From the NCBI GenBank assembly GCA_963702845.1, contig OY969763.1, positions 4,992,001-5,056,000 of the forward strand: a DNA stretch of 64,000 nt, in the 5' to 3' direction. Each line of letters starts with the position of its first letter. The first letter of the stretch is position 1. Shown in pieces: positions 40,158 through 50,329 of the stretch. A program made the position numbers and the translations under genes. This DNA is from an uncultured Verrucomicrobiae bacterium (GTDB lineage Bacteria; Verrucomicrobiota; Verrucomicrobiia; Limisphaerales; Palsa-1400). The notes beneath the pieces were generated by a model that was given only the letters and a program-made list of their open reading frames with translations, searched no databases and had not been told where the DNA came from.

Positions 40158-43100
40158 ATGAAACAACTTTTGCTGCTTGCTGTTTGCGCCTCAACAGCTG
40201 CGTATGCCTCCACTGCTCAATTCAAATTCGCCCACCAAACACTTACTGTGCCTGATGGGTTCACCGTCGAACAGGTTACCGCGACCGATCTGCTCCCAAG
40301 ACCGATCGAAGCCGACTTTGACGAACAGGGCCGCCTTTACGTTACTGACTCGTCTGGCTCGAATGAAAAGCCGCCGGTGCAACTGGAGCAAAAGGCACAC
40401 CGGGTGTTGCGCCTTGAAGATACGAAAGGGAACGGTCATTTCGATAAAACCACGGTGTTTGCGGACAAGCTGACGTTTCCGGAAGGGTGTTTGTGGTATA
40501 ACGGATCGCTGTATGTCAGCGGTGTGCCGAGCATCTGGAAACTCACTGATACGAACGGTGATGGCGTAGCGGATTTGCGCGAAGAATGGCATCTGGGCAA
40601 GACGATGACTGGTTGCGCTAATGACCTTCACGGGCCATACCTCGGATTGGATGGTTGGATTTATTGGTGCAAGGGCGCCTTCGCGGAACAGACTTACGAC
40701 GATCCCGGCCACAAGCCGATCAGCAGTCGTGCCTCACACATTTTTCGGAAGCGACCGAAAGGCGGGATTGTGGAATCGGTCCTGACCGGCGGAATGGATA
40801 ATCCCGTTGGTCTGACTTTTACACCGGAAGGCGAACGCATCCTGAGCGGTACATTCTTTGTTCATCCCGAAGCGGGCGATCGCGATGGACTCATTCACGC
40901 GATTTACGGTGGTGTTTATGGCAAGCCGCATCCTGATGTGCTCGATGGCCACAAAAAAACCGGCGAACTCATGCCACTGATGACTCATCTTGGGCCAGCG
41001 GCGGCGTGTGGGTTGACGCGCTATCAATCGACGCAATTCGGCAATGATTTTCAAAATAACCTGTTCGTTTGCTGCTTCAATTTGCGGAAGGTCGTGCGTG
41101 TCGTTCAGGAACCCGACGGCGCGACCTACAAGACGAAGGAACAGGACTTCGTCGTCTCGGACAGCACGGATTTTCATCCCACGGATGTTCTCGAAGATGC
41201 CGACGGCAGCTTGCTCGTCGTCGACACCGGTGGTTGGTATAAGATTTGTTGCCCGACCTCACAGCTTTGGAAACCGGATTCGCTTGGCGCAATTTACCGC
41301 ATTCGTAAAAGTGGCGCACATAAGGTCGAAGACCCGCGCGGGTTGAAACTCGATTGGAGCAACACCGAAGCTGAGCAGTTGACGAAGCTTCTCGACGACA
41401 AACGTCCGGTGGTGGTTGAGCGCGCTATCCAACAACTCGGCAAAATTGGACATCCAGCGGTTCAGCCGTTGTCGAACGTGCTAACGAAATCGCCATCGGT
41501 TGAAGCACGGCGCAATGCTGTTTGGGCTTTGACACGTATCAATGACAAGACTGCCCGCGATGCGGCGCGTTACGCGTTGATGGATGCAAATGAATCAGTG
41601 CGGCACGCCGCCATTCATTCGGTGAGCGTGTGGCGTGATGCCGATGCGCAATTTCCGTTGCATCCGCTCATGCGCACGGGCAGCGCACAAATCCGGCGCG
41701 CCGCCGCTGAAACGCTCGGTCGTTTGCAGAGCAAAGCCGCGATTAGTGCTTTGTTCGATGGCGCGCCGACCAAACATGATCGCGTGCTCGAACATTCCAT
41801 CACTTACGCGCTCATCGATATTGATGACCCTGCGGCGACAGTCATTGGTCTAACGAACACGAACGTGTTTGCGCAACGTTGCGCTTACATCGCGCTCGAT
41901 CAGATGGACAATGGCGGGTTGAAGCCGGAACAGGTTTCACCGTTGCTCTTGTCTTCCGACACGAATCTGAAAGAAACCGGCGCGTGGCTCGTGTCGCATC
42001 ATCCGGAATGGGGCGAAGCGCTTGCGGGGTTGCTCCGTGACGCGTTGAACAAGGCGTCGACGCCTGAGCAACAGGACGCGTTGGAAAAGCAACTCGCTCA
42101 ACTCGCATCGAATGCGAAAGTTCAGGAATTGTTGGCCGAGAGCGTCACTGCAGAATCGAAACCGGCGCAACTCATCGCCGTTCGTGCGATGACACAAGCG
42201 CATCTTCGCGCGGCGCCCATCGCCTGGGGCACGGCTTTGAGCAAAGCGCTTGCCGGGTCTAATGCGACGCTCGTCCGTGAAGCTGTCAGCACGGCGCGTT
42301 ATGTCACATTCGAAGAACGCCCACCCGGATTGAGTGATGCGCTGGTTCGAGTTGCTAACAACAGTGCATTGCCGGACGAAGAACGTCTCAATGCTCTCGC
42401 TGCCGCACGGAGTCAGATCAAGCTCGATCCTGAACTGTTCGAGTTTGTGCGGGCACAACTCGATCCGAACAAACCAGTCGCGGCACGTGTGACGGCTGCA
42501 TCGGTTATCGAACGTGCCAAACTAACACCGGAACAACTGAAGGCACTGACCGAAAATGTTAAAGCAGTCGGCCCGATGGAGTTAACCCATCTGCTCGCGG
42601 CTTATGGCCATGCATCAGAGGAAGCCCTGGGCATGTCCATCGTGGAAGCGCTCAAGGAATCGAAAGCCCGCTCGACGCTTCGCGCCGATGCGGTGAAGCC
42701 TCAGTTCGCGAAATTTCCCGCGCCAGTTCAGCAGAAGCTTGATGAGTTCCTGAAATCGCTCAACGTCGATTCCGCCAAACAACAGGCGCATATCGATGAT
42801 CTGCTATCGCAAATCAAGGGCGGCAACATCTATCGCGGTCAGGCCGTCTTCAATGGCGCGAAAGCCGCGTGTTCCACTTGCCACTCGATTGGTTACGGCG
42901 GAGGCCATGTTGGACCGGACCTGACGCGCGTCGGCCAGATCCGCACCGAGCGCGATATTCTCGAAGCAATTGTTTATCCGAGCTCGAGTTTCGTCCGCAG
43001 CTTTGAACCGTTTATTGTCACCACTAAAGATGGCGAAGACTACAGCGGCGTGATCAAGAAAGACGCGCCCGACGAAGTCATTCTCGCAACCGGCCCGCAA

Positions 43101-43250
43101 TCCGAGCAACGCATCCAGCGCTCGAACATCGCCGACATGCGCATGGGCTCAGTCTCGATCATGCCGCAAGGCCTCGACGAACAACTGAGCAAACAGGAAC
43201 TGGCTGACCTGGTCGTGTTCCTCAAGTCGTCCGTCGGCGGCACTCACTAG
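40158..43250 (+). CDS. PVC-type heme-binding CxxCH protein (beta-propeller dehydrogenase-like + HEAT repeats + cytochrome c)
   Basis: Signal peptide; VPDGFTVEQV, DTNGDGVAD, FHPTDVLEDADGSLLVVDTGGW; HEAT repeats; CSTCH, VGPDLT, SIMPQGL. Confidence 0.92.
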   Translation: MKQLLLLAVCASTAAYASTAQFKFAHQTLTVPDGFTVEQVTATDLLPRPIEADFDEQGRLYVTDSSGSNEKPPVQLEQKAHRVLRLEDTKGNGHFDKTTVFADKLTFPEGCLWYNGSLYVSGVPSIWKLTDTNGDGVADLREEWHLGKTMTGCANDLHGPYLGLDGWIYWCKGAFAEQTYDDPGHKPISSRASHIFRKRPKGGIVESVLTGGMDNPVGLTFTPEGERILSGTFFVHPEAGDRDGLIHAIYGGVYGKPHPDVLDGHKKTGELMPLMTHLGPAAACGLTRYQSTQFGNDFQNNLFVCCFNLRKVVRVVQEPDGATYKTKEQDFVVSDSTDFHPTDVLEDADGSLLVVDTGGWYKICCPTSQLWKPDSLGAIYRIRKSGAHKVEDPRGLKLDWSNTEAEQLTKLLDDKRPVVVERAIQQLGKIGHPAVQPLSNVLTKSPSVEARRNAVWALTRINDKTARDAARYALMDANESVRHAAIHSVSVWRDADAQFPLHPLMRTGSAQIRRAAAETLGRLQSKAAISALFDGAPTKHDRVLEHSITYALIDIDDPAATVIGLTNTNVFAQRCAYIALDQMDNGGLKPEQVSPLLLSSDTNLKETGAWLVSHHPEWGEALAGLLRDALNKASTPEQQDALEKQLAQLASNAKVQELLAESVTAESKPAQLIAVRAMTQAHLRAAPIAWGTALSKALAGSNATLVREAVSTARYVTFEERPPGLSDALVRVANNSALPDEERLNALAAARSQIKLDPELFEFVRAQLDPNKPVAARVTAASVIERAKLTPEQLKALTENVKAVGPMELTHLLAAYGHASEEALGMSIVEALKESKARSTLRADAVKPQFAKFPAPVQQKLDEFLKSLNVDSAKQQAHIDDLLSQIKGGNIYRGQAVFNGAKAACSTCHSIGYGGGHVGPDLTRVGQIRTERDILEAIVYPSSSFVRSFEPFIVTTKDGEDYSGVIKKDAPDEVILATGPQSEQRIQRSNIADMRMGSVSIMPQGLDEQLSKQELADLVVFLKSSVGGTH

Positions 43251-45269
43251 TTATTCGTCGCTGCTCGCCAGTTTTGCCAACACGCTGAAATCTTCGAGTG
43301 TCGTGGTGTCGCCTTTGATTTCGACGCCGGTGGCGATTTGTTTCAGTAAACGGCGCATGATTTTACCGGAGCGGGTCTTGGGCAATGTTTCGGCAAAACG
43401 GATGTCGTCCGGCTTCGCCACGGGGCCGATTTCTTTGGCGACGTGAGCGCGCAACTCTTCACGAATAGCAGGACTGGCTTTGATGCCGGTTTTTAAAGTG
43501 ACGAATGCGACTAAGGCCTGGCCTTTTAAATCGTCGGGACGGCCGACGACGGCGGCTTCGGCAACTTTTTGGTTGCTGACCAATGCGCTTTCAACTTCGG
43601 CAGTGCCGATGCGGTGGCCGGCGACGTTCAGGACGTCGTCGATGCGGCCGACGATCCAGAAGTAACCGTCTTTGTCCTGACGGCATCCGTCACCAGTAAA
43701 ATAGCTGCCTTTGACTTCGCTCCAGTACGTTTCGACGAAACGTTTTGGGTCGCCCCAGATGCCGCGGAGCATGCTCGGCCATGGTTTGCGGACGACGAGT
43801 TTGCCGCCGGAATTTTTCGGGACGGGGTTGCCTTCATTATCCACGACTTCGGGCAGGATGCCGAAGAAAGGGAGCGTGGCGGTGCCGGGCTTGGTCGGGG
43901 TCGCACCGGGAAGCGGGCTAATCATGATGCCGCCGGTTTCAGTTTGCCACCAGGTATCGACAATCGGGCAACGTTTACCGCCGATGACTTCGTGATACCA
44001 CATCCACGCTTCCGGATTGATCGGTTCGCCAACCGTGCCGAGCACGCGCAGGGAACTGAGATCGTGTTTCTTCGGCCATTGGGTGCCCCACTTCATGAAG
44101 GCGCGAATGGCGGTCGGCGCGGTGTAGAGAATGGTGATGCCGTATTTGGCGATGATACGCCAGAAACGGTCGGACTCGGGCCAGTTGGGCGCGCCTTCAT
44201 ACATGAAGCTAGTTGCGCCGTTGGCGAGCGGGCCGTAAACGACGTAGCTGTGGCCGGTTACCCAACCGATATCGGCCGTGCACCAATAGACATCTTCATC
44301 GCGCAGATCGAAAACGTATTTGGTGCTGAGTTTCGCGCCGAGCAAATAACCGGCGGTGGTGTGCAGGATGCCTTTGGGTTTGCCGGTCGAACCGCTGGTG
44401 TAAAGAATGAAGAGCGGGGCTTCGCTGTCCATTTTTTCGGCGGGACAGTTGGCGTCAACGTATTCGAGTTCGCGATGCCACCAGACGTCGCGGCCTTCCT
44501 GGATGTGGATTTCGTTGTTGGCGCGGCGCAGGACGACGACTTTTTCGATCGTTTTGGCGAGTTGGTTGCCTTCGGCATCTTTGATGTCGAGTGCGTCGTC
44601 GACGTTTTTCTTGAGCGGGACGACTGCACCACGACGATAACCGCCATCACAGGTGATGACGAGTTTCGCCTGGCAATCCTGAATACGGTCCGCAACGGAT
44701 TGGGCACTGAAACCGCCGAAGACGACGGAATGCACCGCGCCGATGCGGGTGCAGGCGAGCATGGCGATGGCGGCTTCGGGGACCATCGGCAGATATATAA
44801 TGATTCGGTCGCCTTTTTTGATGCCGTTGCGTTTGAGAACGTTTGCGAAGAGGCAGACTTCGTGATGGAGTTGCTTGTAGGTTAGCGTGCGTTCTTCCCC
44901 GACTTTGCCGGGTGATGCTGGTTCGCCTTCCCAAATGAGCGCGGCCTTGTTGGCGGTGGCGGTGCCGAGATGTTGGTCGAGGCAGTTGTAGCTGACGTTG
45001 GTTTTGCCGCCTATGAACCATTTGGCGTAGGGCAGTTTCCATTGCAGGACTTTGCCGAAAGGCTTGAACCAGACGAGTTCCTGCTTGGCGGTGCGGCCCC
45101 AGAATTTTTCGGGCTGCTTGATGGATTCGTTGTAGAGCTTCTTATATTCGGCCATCGATTTGATGTGGGCCTTGCTCGAGAATTCTTTCTTGGGTGGAAA
45201 AACGCGGGTTTCCTGAAGCATGGAGGTGATGTTGGCTCCGGGTGCGTTGCTGGATTTAATTTTGTCCAT
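43251..45269 (-). CDS. acs: Acetyl-CoA synthetase (acetate-CoA ligase)
   Basis: [52 protein letters not shown]; start taken at ATG 45269. Confidence 0.97.
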   Translation of the reverse strand: MDKIKSSNAPGANITSMLQETRVFPPKKEFSSKAHIKSMAEYKKLYNESIKQPEKFWGRTAKQELVWFKPFGKVLQWKLPYAKWFIGGKTNVSYNCLDQHLGTATANKAALIWEGEPASPGKVGEERTLTYKQLHHEVCLFANVLKRNGIKKGDRIIIYLPMVPEAAIAMLACTRIGAVHSVVFGGFSAQSVADRIQDCQAKLVITCDGGYRRGAVVPLKKNVDDALDIKDAEGNQLAKTIEKVVVLRRANNEIHIQEGRDVWWHRELEYVDANCPAEKMDSEAPLFILYTSGSTGKPKGILHTTAGYLLGAKLSTKYVFDLRDEDVYWCTADIGWVTGHSYVVYGPLANGATSFMYEGAPNWPESDRFWRIIAKYGITILYTAPTAIRAFMKWGTQWPKKHDLSSLRVLGTVGEPINPEAWMWYHEVIGGKRCPIVDTWWQTETGGIMISPLPGATPTKPGTATLPFFGILPEVVDNEGNPVPKNSGGKLVVRKPWPSMLRGIWGDPKRFVETYWSEVKGSYFTGDGCRQDKDGYFWIVGRIDDVLNVAGHRIGTAEVESALVSNQKVAEAAVVGRPDDLKGQALVAFVTLKTGIKASPAIREELRAHVAKEIGPVAKPDDIRFAETLPKTRSGKIMRRLLKQIATGVEIKGDTTTLEDFSVLAKLASSDE

Positions 45270-45289
45270 AAAAGCTGAAAATTTTGGCG

Positions 45290-45319
45290 ATTTTATCGGG
45301 GCGCGGTGAGGGGCGTCAA
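45290..45319 (-). promoter_or_regulatory. Putative sigma70 promoter of acs
   Basis: TTGACG-18 nt-TAAAAT, ending 20 nt before the acs ATG. Confidence 0.55.
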
Positions 45320-45354
45320 TCGCCGAAGTGAGAGTGGTACCACAGCGATCCCAG

Positions 45355-45790
45355 GGTAAGTCGGTAAGTTGGTGAGTTGGTACGAAAGTGGGTGGAAATG
45401 CGGTGGCGCGAGGAAAAGTTTTTTTGGGCGTTAATGGGTAGAATCGGACGGAAGCGGTCATTATTGGATGAAAGTGGACGTTAATGGGCACCCTCCTTTG
45501 GGTTAATTGGGCACTAATGGGCAGGAAAGTTTCAAGTAAAGATGGGCACAGGTCGACAGAGTTGGACGATCGGCGATCGGCGATAGCAATGGCCATTGGT
45601 TTCATAACTGACCTTTCAAATTTTCCGCAGAGCGCCAGTGCTCAGCGGGCATGGGTTATCCGTGCGGGGAGAATTGTTGCAGGAAGTCACGGCCTGTCAA
45701 AAAATGTAGGGAAAGGAGGGAAGCCAGGGAAAGAAACGGCACTTTTTTGTGACTAAATCTATCAACTGAACTGGTTGGCATGGTTTTTGA
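45355..45790 (-). repeat. Modular intergenic element, copy B (inverted relative to copy A)
   Basis: Shares AAAAACCATGCCAA, triple (T/C)TTCCCT, TTTTTTGAC, CCCGCACG, GAAAGGT..GTTATG and CC(G/A)ACT(T/C)A octamers with copy A. Confidence 0.85.
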
Positions 45791-45944
45791 AAGGAGCATT
45801 AACCACGGAGCAGAGGACTCAGCCGAAGAGAACACAAAACGACTCGCGAGGGGGCGCCGAAATTGCTTTGACCGTCAACTATTAAGCGGGTTTGCTAGGG
45901 GAAATAATTAATGTCTTATCGGGAATTATTCTTGGTGAATTGGA

Positions 45945-48900
45945 ATGAAAACTACTCTCTTGTTGGTCGCTGCGTGCCTTGATCTGGCCATGGGCGTGCG
46001 TGCATCAGGGCCGAACATCGTCATGCAGCCGGCGAATCAGCGGACTTGTAGCGGCGGGAACGTCATGTTCAGTGTGTATTCGGATGACACGAACGCGCTG
46101 TCGTATCAGTGGTTCAAAGGTGAAAATCGTATTGCCGGGGCGACGGATGCGAGGTTGGTGCTGAGGAATGTGACCGATGCGGATGTGGATAGTTATTCGG
46201 TGATGGTCAGAGTTGGTGCGGATTCGACGGTGAGTTCGAATGCGACGCTGATTTTGTATGCGGATGGGAATGTGATGGGTAATTCGGTTTTACTGAGCCC
46301 GCAATTAGAGTCGCTCAGCCGGATCAAAGCGGTGGCTTGCGGTTATAATCATGGGCTGGCGCTTCGGTATGATGGGACGTTGTTAACGTTCGGCAGGCCG
46401 GTAAGTGGGCAGTATCAAGGGCCTTACAATATTTTCTCGTATTTGCCCCCTGGGCTGACAAACGCAACCGCGATTGCGGTTGATGATACGTCTGTAGGAA
46501 TGGCGCTGCAGGCGAATGGGATCCCGCGCGTTTGGGCGTTTGAAGCGTCGCGCGAATTGCCGGTTCCCGCCGAAGCACACGATGTTGTTGATATTGCCGC
46601 GACGACTGCGGTGGCGGTGGCGTTGCGAGCGGATGGAACGGTGGTTTGCTGGCAGTTCAACACCAATTCAGGCGCATTCGGTGCTACCAATTCAGGTGCG
46701 TTCGTTCCTGACCCAATTACTGATGCGGTGGCCATTTCGGCGCAATCGCAAGTTGCGTCGGTGCTGCGCCGTAATGGAACGGTTTTGCAATGGAATCAGT
46801 CCGGCATGGTTCAATTCACACCTGACGTAACGAACGTGTGCAAACTCGTTACGGGGAATTTTAGTGTGGTGATGTTGCAGGATGGAGAGGTCATCACCTG
46901 GTTTCAGGGTGGCGGTTACAATGGCGCGTCCCAAACTGTTGTTCCTACTCTAATTCTTGATCCGCCTACTAACATTGTGGAATTGGCGCTAAATAACGAG
47001 GTGTTGACCAGTGATGGGTCGTTAGTGCCGTTGCAATCGTCCCCTTTTGGGGTGAATACACGCGTCGGGCTAGGGCTGGTAGAACATGTTGCAGGTTCGG
47101 TCATGATACGGCAGGCGGACACGCCGGTGATTTTTTATCTGTATATAGCGCCACAACTGACAGGGCAGCTGCCGGTGGTGCTGGGACAGTCGGCGAAGCT
47201 TCTTGCGGGAGAAGCGCGCAAGATCCTGGTGAGTGCGGCTGGCCGTGCGCGGTTGTCTTATCAATGGTTCAAAGACGGCAAAATAGTTGCGGGCGCGACC
47301 TCGTCTGCGTTGTACCTGCGTGGGTTAACGACCGACTCAGGCTCGTACACTGTGCTGGTGAGGAATCGTGCCGGAGCGACAACGAGCCACGCGGTCGATG
47401 TTTCTGTCGCGCAACCGGCGCTGACGGTGAGTGGTTTGCCAAGTATTCGGACCACGAACGATACGGTGCATTACGAAGGGACTTACCCAATCGGCAACAC
47501 GCTCATGATTGGGGTTTATCCAACCGTGCGGATTCCCCCTCCTCCTCCTCCTCCTCCTATCGCGCCTTCTGTTTTCCAGTACGTGCCGACAGGGCCGACG
47601 TACGGGCCGACGCCAACACTTGAAACCAACGGTTCGATCGTCAGTTGGTCGGTGGACTTTCCTCTGCCAGCGGGCACGAACGCATTTTCGTTTTGGAATG
47701 TCGGGCCGGATCAGGGTGCAACGATCACGAGACAGGTTTATCGGGTTGCAACGAGCAGGCTGACGATGAATATATTTGGTGGCTACGTCCAACCGAACTT
47801 GAACGGGCGGGAACTCGAGGTCGGCAAAACATACACGCTGCGAGCCAGTCCAGCCATTGGGTTTTACTTTGCCGGATGGTATGAAGCTTCGAGCAATTCC
47901 CCTGTCGTGATCTCTGGCAATTTAAATTCGCCAACCTTCACCTTCACGATGGTTTCTAATCTTGTGGTGAATCCGCTTTTTCATCCTAATCCGTCTCAGG
48001 CGTTCAACGGATTGTACCGCGGATTGGTTTACCCCGACGAAGGCATTGACCATGAGACCTCGGGTTATATCGAAGTGCTTCTGGAACGTTGGGGAACGTA
48101 CACCGCACGCTTGTTGCTCGGCGGCACAACGTATCGTTTTTCCGGAAGTTTTTCTAACCCTGCAACAAACTCACTTATAGAATACCCGGGGCTTCAAACA
48201 GTTGTTTACCTGCCGCGGCCAGGCAAAGTGCCACTTACGGTGTTATTGAGTCGTGGTTACGGCATCGAGGGATATGTAACGGATAATTACACGTATTCGT
48301 TTATTGCGGCAGACTTGCCGGCCTACAATCCGGATCAAGCCGGCAGGTATACAGTTGTTTTTGCAGGGGCGACCAACAACGTAGGGCCGTTCGGTAACGG
48401 TTATGCCACCGTGATGGTCAGTGCAGCCGGGGCTTTAACGATGGTCGGCAGCCTCGCGGACGGGACGCCGATCAGTCAAAGCACTGCGGCGTTGCAAAAT
48501 GGCATGTTTCCGTTGTATGTGCCGCTTTATAAAGGGAATGGATCGATAATCAGTTGGGTGCCGGTGCAATCGATTGCTCTAAACTTTCCCTTCAGTTGGA
48601 CTCGACCGAGCGATTCGACAGGCGGGTTGTTTGCGCAGGGTTTTACGAATGAGTTTTTGCTCACCGCTTCGAGGTATTCGCCGACAGGAAATGTTTTTGG
48701 GACAAATCAGGCGTCGATTTTTGTGCAGAGCGAGGACGGCAATGTGAATTTAGTTGATCCATGTGCGATTTCGAGCTCTGGGGCGCTCAGCATTGATCCG
48801 TCGTCAGGGGATGATCTGCACATCTACGTCAATCGAGCGACTGGGTCTTTTAGCGGAAGTTTTGTTGCTCCGGACACTAAACAGGTCGTTCCGGTGCGTG

Positions 48901-48980
48901 GGGCGATTTTGCAGAATCTGCATCAGGCATGGGGATACTTTTTGCGGACGAACCAGAGTGGGGCGTTTGGGATGCAGTAG
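45945..48980 (+). CDS. Large exported protein: Ig, RCC1-like repeats, Ig, poly-Pro, small repeat domain and C-terminal beta-rich region
   Basis: Signal peptide; 'LSYQWFK.G..I.GAT' Ig motifs; 'AVACGYNHGLALRYDGTL' RCC1-like; P8 run. Confidence 0.82.
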   Translation: MKTTLLLVAACLDLAMGVRASGPNIVMQPANQRTCSGGNVMFSVYSDDTNALSYQWFKGENRIAGATDARLVLRNVTDADVDSYSVMVRVGADSTVSSNATLILYADGNVMGNSVLLSPQLESLSRIKAVACGYNHGLALRYDGTLLTFGRPVSGQYQGPYNIFSYLPPGLTNATAIAVDDTSVGMALQANGIPRVWAFEASRELPVPAEAHDVVDIAATTAVAVALRADGTVVCWQFNTNSGAFGATNSGAFVPDPITDAVAISAQSQVASVLRRNGTVLQWNQSGMVQFTPDVTNVCKLVTGNFSVVMLQDGEVITWFQGGGYNGASQTVVPTLILDPPTNIVELALNNEVLTSDGSLVPLQSSPFGVNTRVGLGLVEHVAGSVMIRQADTPVIFYLYIAPQLTGQLPVVLGQSAKLLAGEARKILVSAAGRARLSYQWFKDGKIVAGATSSALYLRGLTTDSGSYTVLVRNRAGATTSHAVDVSVAQPALTVSGLPSIRTTNDTVHYEGTYPIGNTLMIGVYPTVRIPPPPPPPPIAPSVFQYVPTGPTYGPTPTLETNGSIVSWSVDFPLPAGTNAFSFWNVGPDQGATITRQVYRVATSRLTMNIFGGYVQPNLNGRELEVGKTYTLRASPAIGFYFAGWYEASSNSPVVISGNLNSPTFTFTMVSNLVVNPLFHPNPSQAFNGLYRGLVYPDEGIDHETSGYIEVLLERWGTYTARLLLGGTTYRFSGSFSNPATNSLIEYPGLQTVVYLPRPGKVPLTVLLSRGYGIEGYVTDNYTYSFIAADLPAYNPDQAGRYTVVFAGATNNVGPFGNGYATVMVSAAGALTMVGSLADGTPISQSTAALQNGMFPLYVPLYKGNGSIISWVPVQSIALNFPFSWTRPSDSTGGLFAQGFTNEFLLTASRYSPTGNVFGTNQASIFVQSEDGNVNLVDPCAISSSGALSIDPSSGDDLHIYVNRATGSFSGSFVAPDTKQVVPVRGAILQNLHQAWGYFLRTNQSGAFGMQ

Positions 48981-49026
48981 TGCGAGATCAGACGAAAAGA
49001 TAAACAATGTGCTGAGCTGAACTGAG

Positions 49027-49458
49027 ATGACTAACCCCGCTGCGGAAAAGATACCGATCTACACTCCGAAACAGATCTTTGCTGGTTCTGTGTTAGGCGG
49101 ACCAGTAGCTCTCGTTTACTTCCTACGGAGCAATTTTCAACGATTGGGGAATGCATCCGCAGCAAAACAAACGCTGATTTGGGGGACATTATTCAATCTC
49201 GCAGTCATCGTGATGCTCCCGTTCCTGCCAGAACGATTCCCAAAATTTATCTTTCCGTTGGCCTACAGTTGGGCGGCTCGCGCCATCGCGGACAGCAGGC
49301 AGTTGAACAACGAAGCTATTGCAGCGTCAGATCGGTATCGGTTTCGCTCCAACTGGGCAGTGGTTGGTTGGAGTATTGCATTAGTCGTGGGCACGCTAGT
49401 AGTGTGGTTTGGAATTCTACTCCTTCTCGATCATTTCCACGTAATCAACCTCGGCTGA
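49027..49458 (+). CDS. Hypothetical membrane protein
   Basis: 143-aa ORF with several TM segments; 'IYTPKQIFAGSVLGGP'. Confidence 0.7.
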   Translation: MTNPAAEKIPIYTPKQIFAGSVLGGPVALVYFLRSNFQRLGNASAAKQTLIWGTLFNLAVIVMLPFLPERFPKFIFPLAYSWAARAIADSRQLNNEAIAASDRYRFRSNWAVVGWSIALVVGTLVVWFGILLLLDHFHVINLG

Positions 49459-49523
49459 CCCAGTTTGGTTGAAGACGGAGACGAACTCTCGACATCGCGG
49501 GGCCTTCTTGGAAAACTGGCGAC

Positions 49524-50129
49524 GTGAAACAATCTGTTGTTTGTCTTGATCTCGAAGGTGTTCTGGTCCCCGAAATTTGGATCAATGTCGCGGAGAAAAC
49601 TAAGATTCCCGAACTGCGGCGCACCACTCGGGATGAGCCTGACTACGACAAGTTGATGCGCGGGCGGATTGAGATTTTGGATAAGCATGGGTTGAAGCTG
49701 TCGCATATCCAGGAGGTCATTGGGGAGATGGAGCCGTTGCCGGGTGCGATTGAATTTATGCGGGAACTGCGGTCGATGACGCAGGTGGTTATTTTGTCGG
49801 ATACGTTTGATCAATTCGCCAAGCCGATTATGAAGCAATTGGGTTGGCCGACGATTTTTTGCAACCAATTGATCATCGAGAATGGACGCATCGCCGGTTA
49901 TAAAATGCGGCAGGAGCATCCGAAGAAGAGCGCGGTGATTGCGCTGAAGAGCTTGAATTATTTCATCATCGCGGCCGGGGATTCGTTCAATGACACGTTG
50001 ATGTTAGCGGAGGCGAATATCGGGTTTTTGTTCCACGCGCCGGATAATATTAAGAAGCAGTTTCCGCAGTATAAGACTTACGAGGAGTATAATGAGCTGC
50101 TTTCGGCGATGAAGAAGGAATTGGCGTAG
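49524..50129 (+). CDS. thrH: Phosphoserine phosphatase / homoserine phosphotransferase ThrH
   Basis: CLDLEGVLVPEIW, TTRDEPDYDKLM, ILSDTF, AAGDSFND. Confidence 0.93.
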   Translation: MKQSVVCLDLEGVLVPEIWINVAEKTKIPELRRTTRDEPDYDKLMRGRIEILDKHGLKLSHIQEVIGEMEPLPGAIEFMRELRSMTQVVILSDTFDQFAKPIMKQLGWPTIFCNQLIIENGRIAGYKMRQEHPKKSAVIALKSLNYFIIAAGDSFNDTLMLAEANIGFLFHAPDNIKKQFPQYKTYEEYNELLSAMKKELA

Positions 50130-50325
50130 GCAAAATCCGAAATCCGAAATTCGAAACAAATTCCAAATTCGACTGAGAGGCAACAGCGGCAGAGGGGCCG
50201 AACGTCGGCGTCGCATTCCGCAGTCCAAGACGCTTCGCGAGGATTTGACGCGGGTACCATGTTATAAGCTCTGCGGCTTTTTCAAGACCTGAGGAAGTTA
50301 GAGACTCGTTACCTCGTCTCCTACA
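50130..50325. repeat. Cluster of short REP-like repeats between convergent thrH and gpsA
   Basis: aaatccg aaatccg aaattcg heptamers; gcggcagag...cgcagtccaagacgcttcgcg; gagactcgttacctcgtctcctac. Confidence 0.55.
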
Positions 50326-50329
50326 AATA

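Noticed and set aside
36961..43250. oriC at the skew switch
   Set aside because: No dnaA/dnaN, no DnaA-box cluster and no AT-rich intergenic gap seen.
32346..45354. Composite transposon or invertible segment bounded by elements A and B
   Set aside because: No transposase or recombinase, no target duplication seen, the copies are diverged, and the cargo includes housekeeping acs.
45774..45792. Sigma54 promoter TTGGCATGGTTTTTGA in the element head (outward facing)
   Set aside because: The -12 GC is absent in both copies and the spacing differs between them; kept only as a conserved motif.
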